Shown here one piece after another: positions 58,083 through 64,000 of a stretch of 64,000 nucleotides of DNA. The notes under the pieces were generated by a model. That model did not search any database. It saw only the letters and a program-made list of their open reading frames with translations, and was not told the origin of the DNA. Both the position numbers and the translations under genes were made by a program. The stretch covers positions 714-64,713 of the forward strand of contig JAZDMB010000012.1 in assembly GCA_043801445.1 (NCBI GenBank), read 5' to 3'. Each line of letters begins with the position of its first letter. Within the stretch, counting starts at the first letter, position 1. Source of the stretch: Planctomycetota bacterium (lineage in GTDB: Bacteria; Planctomycetota; MHYJ01; JACQXL01).

Positions 58083-58194
58083 AACCAATCAATCAGCCTG
58101 CGACGCAGGTCTTCACGGGGCATATTTCGGCATATCGAAAATCCCCTCATTGCTTTAATTTTGTATGTCATCCTAATCATAGAAAGGAATATAT

Positions 58195-60390
58195 ATGAAG
58201 CGATGGGATTTGTTTCTACTAATCATTTTATTATTAGTTTGGGAATTTGGCGTTTCAGCAGTTCTGGGAGATGACAAGCCCGCCCGCCCGAACGCCGAAG
58301 GCGGGCAGGCAGGCAGTCCCGGTGCGGAGCCTCCCGTAGGGGCTAATAGGGACAAACCGATAACCCCAACCAAGACCGAAGAAATCATTGTCACGGCAAC
58401 GCGTTCTGAGATGAAACCGTTTGAGACGGCGTATATCGCCGATGTCATCACGACAGAAGATATCCGGAACCAAAAGATGAGCCGGAGTATGCCTGATATA
58501 TTCTCATCCGACCCATCGGTTACCGTCCAGAAGACTTCACAGGGCCAGGGCTCACCGTTTATCCGCGGCTTTACCGGATTTCGTAACCTGCTCCTGATAG
58601 ACGGCATCCGCCTGAATAATTCGGTCTTCCGCGATGGGCCTAATGAATATTGGAATACGGTTGACTCATTCACCATCGGGCGATTAGAAATAGTCAAAGG
58701 ACATTCCTCTGTCCTTTATGGAAGTGACGCGATTGGCGGAACGGTCAATGTCATAACTATTTCTCCGGAACAGGAAAAAGGATTCTCCGCTCGTGCCTCA
58801 GAACGGTATGCCACGGCTGATAACTCAAGTGTTGCCAGAACCGAAATCAGCGGTGCGTTCAATAAATCTATCAGGATACTTGTGGGCGTTTCAGGGAAGA
58901 ATTTTAATGAACTGCGCGGCGGCGAACATACCGGCGAACAACCCAAGACCGGCTACAAAGAGATGGACTATGACTTAAAAATGGAATATCTTATAGGAGG
59001 TCATGATAAACTCGTTATAGCCCATCAGCGGGTGAACCAACCCGATGTCTGGCGAACTCACGCGACTATCTACGGCATCTCATGGCAGGATACCGCGATT
59101 GGCACTGACAAAGCGCGCTACTATAATCACCAGCGTCAATTAACATATTTACAATATTACAAAGATGATGCCGGTTTTCTGGGCGATAAGGCGAAATTCT
59201 CGCTCTCATATCAAAGTCAAGATGAACAGTTGTTTCGTAAGAGAAGTAATAACAAAATGGAGCGTTCAGGTTTTGATGTCAACACACTTGGTCTTTCAGC
59301 CCAGATGGAACGGACGACTTCATTAGGACGCTTTGTTTATGGCACAGAATTCTACCGTGATAATGTGGACTCTTTCTCGAAAAAGTATTTAGCCAGCGGC
59401 GCCATTGATACTATTGAAATTCAGGGACCGGTGGCTGATGATGCGGTTTACGATTTGGTTGGCGTATTTATCCAGGATGAATATCCGTTAAAACCATCAT
59501 TGAATCTAACATCAGGTGTCCGTTATAACCAGGCATCAATTGATGCGGATAAGGTCAAAGACCCCACGATTATTACACCCACAACTATAGCCATTTCTGA
59601 CAGTTGGAGTAACCTATCCGGTAACCTGCGGCTATCATATATGCCAACCGAGAAGTGGAATATCTTTGGCGGTGTCTCGCAGGGGTTTCGGGCGCCGAAT
59701 CTTTCCGACCTCTCACGGCTTGACATTGCACTCTCCAATGAAATAGAAACACCATCGCCGAACCTAAAACCAGAGAATTATTTATCCATAGAAGCCGGAG
59801 CCAAGACCGGTTCAGGAAAACTGAACAGCCAATGCGCCTTCTTCTACACCATCATAAATGATATAATTGTCCGTTACCCGACCGGTATCACCATCACCGG
59901 CTTGAACGAGGTGCAGAAGGCAAATGTGGGTGATGGAAATATCTATGGCTTTGAATTGAAAGTCAACTACTTGTTGAATAATACATGGTCGGTCTTTGGA
60001 GGCGGGAGTAGCCAGCGTGGTCAAGTGGATACTTATATTTCCGCTGGTGTTAAAGAACGCTGTCCAATGTCCAAGATTCCGCCGGCAATGGCTATCCTCG
60101 GTATCCGCAGAACTGATGTTTCAGGCAAATGGTGGGCAGAATTAGAAACGAAAATGGCTAACAACCAGAACCGGCTCTCACCCTTAGATAAACTTGATAC
60201 CCAAAGAATTCCGCCGGATGGCACACCCGGCTACACAATCTATAACATCAGGGGAGGAATAAATATCAGCAAGAACTTTAAGGCATCTTTAGGTATAGAA
60301 AACATCAGCAACCGGGACTACCGGATTCACGGCTCAGGCAATAATGAGCTAGGCAGGAATGTTATACTATCAGTCGGCGGAGCTTTTTAG
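58195..60390 (+). CDS. TonB-dependent outer-membrane receptor
   Basis: Signal peptide; plug motifs ('IIVTATRSE', 'SPFIRGF', 'IDG.R.N', 'IEIVKG..SVLYGSDAIGG.VN.IT'); beta-barrel ending in a terminal aromatic residue ('GRNVILSVGGAF'). A GC-rich insertion follows the signal peptide. Confidence 0.92.
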   Translation: MKRWDLFLLIILLLVWEFGVSAVLGDDKPARPNAEGGQAGSPGAEPPVGANRDKPITPTKTEEIIVTATRSEMKPFETAYIADVITTEDIRNQKMSRSMPDIFSSDPSVTVQKTSQGQGSPFIRGFTGFRNLLLIDGIRLNNSVFRDGPNEYWNTVDSFTIGRLEIVKGHSSVLYGSDAIGGTVNVITISPEQEKGFSARASERYATADNSSVARTEISGAFNKSIRILVGVSGKNFNELRGGEHTGEQPKTGYKEMDYDLKMEYLIGGHDKLVIAHQRVNQPDVWRTHATIYGISWQDTAIGTDKARYYNHQRQLTYLQYYKDDAGFLGDKAKFSLSYQSQDEQLFRKRSNNKMERSGFDVNTLGLSAQMERTTSLGRFVYGTEFYRDNVDSFSKKYLASGAIDTIEIQGPVADDAVYDLVGVFIQDEYPLKPSLNLTSGVRYNQASIDADKVKDPTIITPTTIAISDSWSNLSGNLRLSYMPTEKWNIFGGVSQGFRAPNLSDLSRLDIALSNEIETPSPNLKPENYLSIEAGAKTGSGKLNSQCAFFYTIINDIIVRYPTGITITGLNEVQKANVGDGNIYGFELKVNYLLNNTWSVFGGGSSQRGQVDTYISAGVKERCPMSKIPPAMAILGIRRTDVSGKWWAELETKMANNQNRLSPLDKLDTQRIPPDGTPGYTIYNIRGGINISKNFKASLGIENISNRDYRIHGSGNNELGRNVILSVGGAF

Positions 60391-60420
60391 AGCCAGTAGG
60401 AACGAAGTGACGTACTGGCT
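60391..60420 (+). terminator. hairpin immediately after the TonB-receptor stop codon
   Basis: AGCCAGTA-N14-TACTGGCT (8-bp stem). No clear U-tract. Confidence 0.3.
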
Positions 60421-60444
60421 CTTATCCCGATGAGTCCCAGAGGG

Positions 60445-60540
60445 ACGACATCGGGGTTAGAACCGGTTTGAGCGTGGCGACATCGGGGTTAGAACCGATT
60501 TGAACGTAGCGACATCAGAGCTAGACCCGGTTAGAAAGGA
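60445..60540 (+). repeat. three tandem 32-bp repeats
   Basis: ACGACATCGGGGTTAGAACCGGTTTGAGCGTG / GCGACATCGGGGTTAGAACCGATTTGAACGTA / GCGACATCAGAGCTAGACCCGGTTAGAAAGGA. The third unit runs into the SD-like motif. Confidence 0.85.
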
Positions 60541-60546
60541 GGTGAT
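60532..60546 (+). promoter_or_regulatory. 15-nt complement of the 16S rRNA 3' tail (TAGAAAGGAGGTGAT) at the head of array 2
   Basis: Perfect complement of a Bacillus-type 16S 3' end ...AUCACCUCCUUUCUA. Followed by TTG at 60547. Confidence 0.6.
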
Positions 60547-60557
60547 TTGATACAAAG

Positions 60558-60725
60558 GGCAGGGAAGGTTTTTCAGACGTCTGGAATAGTTTTCCAGATA
60601 TCTGGAACAGTTTCCCATATGTCTGGAATTATTTTCCAGATGTCTGGAATGATTTCCCAGATGTCTAGAATAGTTTTCCAGATGTATGGGAAAGTTTTCT
60701 GGATGTTCGTGAAAGTCCTACGAAT
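60558..60725 (+). repeat. 21-bp tandem repeat array 2 (8 units), upstream of cassette copy 2
   Basis: Units fall exactly at 60558, 60579, 60600, 60621, 60642, 60663, 60684 and 60705. The consensus GTCTGGAATAGTTTTCCAGAT carries the internal dyad TCTGGAA-N5-TTCCAGA. Confidence 0.9.
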
Positions 60726-60938
60726 GTCCATAACCCCGATGGTTATCGGGATAAGAGGTTGTCCCTAACGGGACTCCCTGCGGTCGTAACGACCATAGGT
60801 CTAACAGCCTCTAATGCTATACAATATAAGGACTTAGAAGCCCCGATGTCGCTGACGCTCATCGGGATAAGACCCAGTAACGCCCTTACCCGATTAGCAT
60901 CGGGTAATTGCTAACTGGCTCTAAAAAGGAGATGTAAG

Positions 60939-61613
60939 ATGGGAAAAAATTATATACCGACAACAGACGCTGATTTTGAGCTCTGGCAGGTGAATTTTGT
61001 GACCAAGGTAGTGGCAACCCCAGCCGCTTATGGGCTTTTGCCGGCTGATGTGATTGATGTCGGAATTGATTCAACTGACTGGCAGACGGCTCTGGCGGCA
61101 TTAGTTGTCGCCCAAAACGCGGCTAAAGGCGCGGCTGAGACTAAGGATGAAGCCCGCGATACCCTGGAATCAGAGGTCCGCAGTTTAGCCAAAAGGATTC
61201 AAGCCAGACCAGCCACGACCGATGCCCAGAGAGAAGAATTGGGTATTACCGTGCCTGACCTGACCCGGACGCCGCTTTCGGAGCAGATTGTCCTGACCAC
61301 GCCGCCGCCGATAGTTGAAGCCAAGTGCACCGGCGCCAAAACCGTCCGGATTGACTGGTATCCAACTCAGGCCCCCGGAGAAAGCGAGGCATTACCCCAG
61401 GGCATTAACGGCGTGTCTATTTTCTACGCCGAAGGCGGGATTCCCAGCGATGAGAGTCAATGGCGTTTCTTAGCACTGGATACCAATTCGCCCTATGTCC
61501 ATAATGTTGCCAATGATGCTACCGTTACCGTGGCATATAAGGCGCAATGGTTTGACCGGCGTAAGCGGTTGGGACCGTTCGGCAATCCGGTAGTCGTGGC
61601 TGTAACCGCGTAA
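60939..61613 (+). CDS. hypothetical protein, cassette copy 2 gene A
   Basis: Paralog of 16074-16733. SD AAAAGGAG. Confidence 0.8.
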   Translation: MGKNYIPTTDADFELWQVNFVTKVVATPAAYGLLPADVIDVGIDSTDWQTALAALVVAQNAAKGAAETKDEARDTLESEVRSLAKRIQARPATTDAQREELGITVPDLTRTPLSEQIVLTTPPPIVEAKCTGAKTVRIDWYPTQAPGESEALPQGINGVSIFYAEGGIPSDESQWRFLALDTNSPYVHNVANDATVTVAYKAQWFDRRKRLGPFGNPVVVAVTA

Positions 61614-61646
61614 AAAAATAAGTAACTTGCCACAGAGGCACTAAGT

Positions 61647-61691
61647 AAATCCCCCCTTCCCCCTTTGTCAAAGGGGGAGTGAGGGGGATTT
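61647..61691 (+). terminator. conserved two-tier G5/C5 hairpin between cassette genes A and B (copy 2)
   Basis: AAATCCCCCCTTCCCCCTTTGTCAAAGGGGGAGTGAGGGGGATTT followed by AATT. Same architecture as 16011-16058. Confidence 0.5.
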
Positions 61692-61732
61692 AATTCCTTC
61701 GTGTCTTCGTGTCAGAAAGGTAATTTAATTTT

Positions 61733-62587
61733 ATGCCATTGAAACCGAATGAAGTAAAGACCGAGCATATTGCTGACCGCGCAGTGATAACATCAAAGAT
61801 TGCGCCTCTGTCAGTAGGCAGTAGTCAGTTGGCACCGGGTAGTGTAATTACGGAGAAGATTGCAGATGCGTCAGTGACCCGTGATAAAATCGGAGATGCA
61901 CAGGTGACCGGCTCTCGCCTGCGGGATGCCAGTATCACCACTCCGAAAATCGCTAATAATGCCATCACCACAGATAAAATCGGCGTTGGGCAGGTGACCG
62001 GCGCCAAGATGGCAGACAAGACGATAACTGCAGAGAAGATTGCCACCAGCGCGGTGACCACATCCAAAATCGGAGAGTTACAAGTCACGCAAGCCAAGTT
62101 GCAGGATGCCAGTGTCAGCACGCCGAAAATAGCCAATAATGCTGTGACAACACAGAAGATTGTCCTTGGGGCGGTTAACGGTGAGCGGTTAGCGAATGGC
62201 GCAGTTAGCACCGAGAAAATAGTCAATGGCGCAGTGACGCCTGAGAAATTGTCGTTTGTGCCGGGCGGAGCGGTGAGACCATTAGTCCCGCCGGTGGCTA
62301 CAGGTGAAATAGCAGATGGCGCGGTGACGAAATCTAAATTGAGTTATAAAGTTATTAGCATCACAATTTCAGCCCAACAAGTAGGCGGGTTATATCCTCC
62401 TTTAGGAGACCCTGATTTGGATGGCGGTGTGATTTTGGGTTACTCTATACCCACAAATCAAGACCAGTTAATTAGGCAACTGTTCCTGTTACCGGGGTTA
62501 CCGCAAGGCACCGGTGTTTCAATCTTGCTTAACCAGCCAGCTATAGCGGATAATACATTTGATGTGGTGGTACTAAAAAGTTTATAG
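61733..62587 (+). CDS. decapeptide-repeat (fibre-like) protein, cassette copy 2 gene B
   Basis: About 15 units of 10-residue repeats ('TEKIADASVT RDKIGDAQVT GSRLRDASIT TPKIANNAIT ...'), then a C-terminal domain nearly identical to that of 14997-15998. Confidence 0.8.
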   Translation: MPLKPNEVKTEHIADRAVITSKIAPLSVGSSQLAPGSVITEKIADASVTRDKIGDAQVTGSRLRDASITTPKIANNAITTDKIGVGQVTGAKMADKTITAEKIATSAVTTSKIGELQVTQAKLQDASVSTPKIANNAVTTQKIVLGAVNGERLANGAVSTEKIVNGAVTPEKLSFVPGGAVRPLVPPVATGEIADGAVTKSKLSYKVISITISAQQVGGLYPPLGDPDLDGGVILGYSIPTNQDQLIRQLFLLPGLPQGTGVSILLNQPAIADNTFDVVVLKSL

Positions 62588-62672
62588 AGTCTATAGAATT
62601 CGTATTGGTTCTTTCTGTGTTTATCCGTGGTTTCGTTTCGCCGAGTAGTATTGTTTTGTTGTAGTAATGATT

Positions 62673-63674
62673 TTAATATTCCCGTGTTGTAATCATAGTA
62701 AACGCTTCAGTGGAAAATAGAGATTGGTTTATGCTAGTATAATATGCAAAAACAATACGCACCATAATTTGTCTGGCACTGGTTGGTCCTATTATTTGCA
62801 CCTCAAAACCATTAGGGAAACCGTCTCCTGAAGTACTGGCGTTTGCATATTTAGGAACTATATCAGGAGTATGGAATTGAGCAGAGGTATTCCAGGCAAC
62901 AGATGCAATACCGGTGCCTAAACTCTGAATGACAGAATGAACTTCATTTTTCTCTATGGTATAACCTGCACTTGCTGAGCCGGCAATACCACCTGTTGCA
63001 TCAATCGAATAAAAAGCAGTACTGACTGTATTACGAGGTATCCAGAGATATCTGATTCCGCGATTTGCGTATAGATTGCTTACAAAGGTAGAGCGAGCCG
63101 AGCCGACAACAGGAATTGACATAACCTGGTTATAATCCACAAATTCTATACTCGTCCATTTGGCTAATCGCAGGCTTTTTGGCTTAGTCGCGATAGTACA
63201 AGTAATCGGTGAAAGATAGTAATAAACAAAGGTATAAATGTCCGCCCGGCGTGTTGAACCGCCGGCATTACCAATAAAAGGAGGCGATTCCTTGACGAAA
63301 AGTAATGCGTTGCCTGTTCGGCTCGTTGTAGTGTCATGATGTAAAGTGCCGGTAGAATCAATTAAAGCCAGAGTGGTCGTAGAAAGTGCCGGGTAAGTGG
63401 TATCGCTTTGCAATTTAGCAAGATACGCCTGACCTAAAGCATCATTTTGCAATAGTATACGTGCCTGAGTGGCATCAATGTTTATTTCGTCTGTTGCACT
63501 CTGTCCCCACTGGGTTAATGAATTCCATGCGTTCATTGAAAAATTAGAGATTTGTGATTGCAAAACAATTTGGTAGGTGCCAACAGCCACAACTGAAAGA
63601 CAAGCCATTACCATCATTAATTCAATAAAAGTCGTCCCTTTTATGCACTTATTATTTGGCATATTGTTTTTCAT
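62673..63674 (-). CDS. prepilin-type N-terminal domain protein (type IV pilin / pseudopilin-like)
   Basis: 'KGTTFIELMMVMACLSVVAVGTY' matches the G|(F/T)T(L/F)IE cleavage/methylation motif followed by a hydrophobic helix. ATGA overlap with the upstream gene. Confidence 0.7.
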   Translation of the reverse strand: MKNNMPNNKCIKGTTFIELMMVMACLSVVAVGTYQIVLQSQISNFSMNAWNSLTQWGQSATDEINIDATQARILLQNDALGQAYLAKLQSDTTYPALSTTTLALIDSTGTLHHDTTTSRTGNALLFVKESPPFIGNAGGSTRRADIYTFVYYYLSPITCTIATKPKSLRLAKWTSIEFVDYNQVMSIPVVGSARSTFVSNLYANRGIRYLWIPRNTVSTAFYSIDATGGIAGSASAGYTIEKNEVHSVIQSLGTGIASVAWNTSAQFHTPDIVPKYANASTSGDGFPNGFEVQIIGPTSARQIMVRIVFAYYTSINQSLFSTEAFTMITTREY

Positions 63675-64000
63675 CTATTAATAAATATTTTTTGTTGGTG
63701 ATACGAATAATGGCAGGTTTGACTATTTCTATACGCTTCCACCATAACGACATAACTGCCTTCTATAAAATAACCGGTGTTAGAAACATCCCAATTGTAG
63801 GTCTCGTTTTCTTCTGTAGTTAGGTCATTAAGCCAGAGTGATTGATTGGGTATACCCGGTGTTGCGGCCGAATTGTCAATAATGTGTTTCCATGACACGC
63901 CATTATCACTGGAATAAAGCAATGCATATTTCAAATCGCTTTCTGTTTCAGTAAACCCTGCAGGATAAGCCGTAGTATATTTTAGTTTGTCCCACCGTGT
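63671..64000 (-). CDS. hypothetical protein with a BNR/Asp-box motif, 5' end outside window
   Basis: By my translation the frame stays open to nt 64000 (…TRWDKLKYTTAYPAGFTETESDLKYALLYSSDNGVSWKH…), so the track's TTG at 63934 is probably internal. 'SSDNGVSW' fits S-x-D-x-G-x-(T/S)-W. Confidence 0.6.
   Translation of the reverse strand, partial: TRWDKLKYTTAYPAGFTETESDLKYALLYSSDNGVSWKHIIDNSAATPGIPNQSLWLNDLTTEENETYNWDVSNTGYFIEGSYVVMVEAYRNSQTCHYSYHQQKIFINR

Noticed and set aside
60547-60768. A 73-aa heptad-repeat ORF (MIQRAGKVFQTSGIVFQISGTVSHMSGIIFQMSG...) starting at a TTG 4 nt after a perfect SD
   Set aside because: It is tempting because of the SD, but the equivalent positions in array 1 (an immediate stop) and array 3 (a 7-codon ORF) are not coding. 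The peptide is simply the repeat read in one frame. I keep it as a possibility under the anti-16S finding and do not call it a CDS.
1-64000. tRNA, rRNA, tmRNA, RNase P and SRP RNA genes
   Set aside because: I scanned the intergenic regions by eye for T-loop (GGTTCGAATCC-like) and other hallmark motifs and found none. A covariance-model scan would be needed to be certain.

Overview
64-kb window from an AT-rich bacterial chromosome (roughly 40% GC by eye). I cannot name the lineage without a database search. HEAT-repeat and prenyltransferase-repeat proteins, TPR proteins and type-IV-pilus-like genes give it a PVC/Omnitrophota-like flavour, but that is inference only. Most of the window is housekeeping: carAB; a PiT/PhoU-like/histidine-kinase/response-regulator block; NfnAB-like oxidoreductase; gatA; radC; pdxJ; dapA; folE; a ribosomal-protein/secY/adk/map/infA/rpoA cluster that begins abruptly at rplF; lysS; a cyclophilin; a MenA-like prenyltransferase; an aldehyde dehydrogenase; a YedE/TusA-like/cysteine-desulfurase/DUF3343 Se/S-trafficking operon; and a TonB-dependent receptor. 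Accessory content lies at about 4.9-17.1 kb and 60.4-64 kb. The feature I cannot explain, and rank highest, is a two-gene cassette of unknown function present twice (14997-16733 on the minus strand, 60939-62587 on the plus strand). Gene A is a helical plus beta-rich protein. Gene B is a 10-residue-repeat, fibre-like protein whose C-terminal domain is nearly identical in the two copies. Both copies keep the same G5/C5 two-tier hairpin between the genes. Each is preceded by a co-oriented array of 21-bp tandem repeats, and each array opens with a 13-15 nt perfect complement of the 16S rRNA 3' tail. A third, degenerate 21-bp array (12143-12437), homologous to the array of copy 1, sits upstream of an unrelated gene. 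The window is also densely seeded with several families of short palindromic elements. One family consists of AT-rich 'CACGAAT/CACAGAG/CACAAAG' word hairpins, one of which encloses a GxxExxY gene. The others are GC-rich mosaic modules that repeatedly sit in frame inside coding sequences (carB, a 3xFHA protein, an amidase, a HEAT/prenyltransferase protein, the TonB receptor). I found no rRNA, tRNA, CRISPR array, integrase, transposase or reverse transcriptase. All calls come from reading the sequence and the ORF translations; no searches were run.
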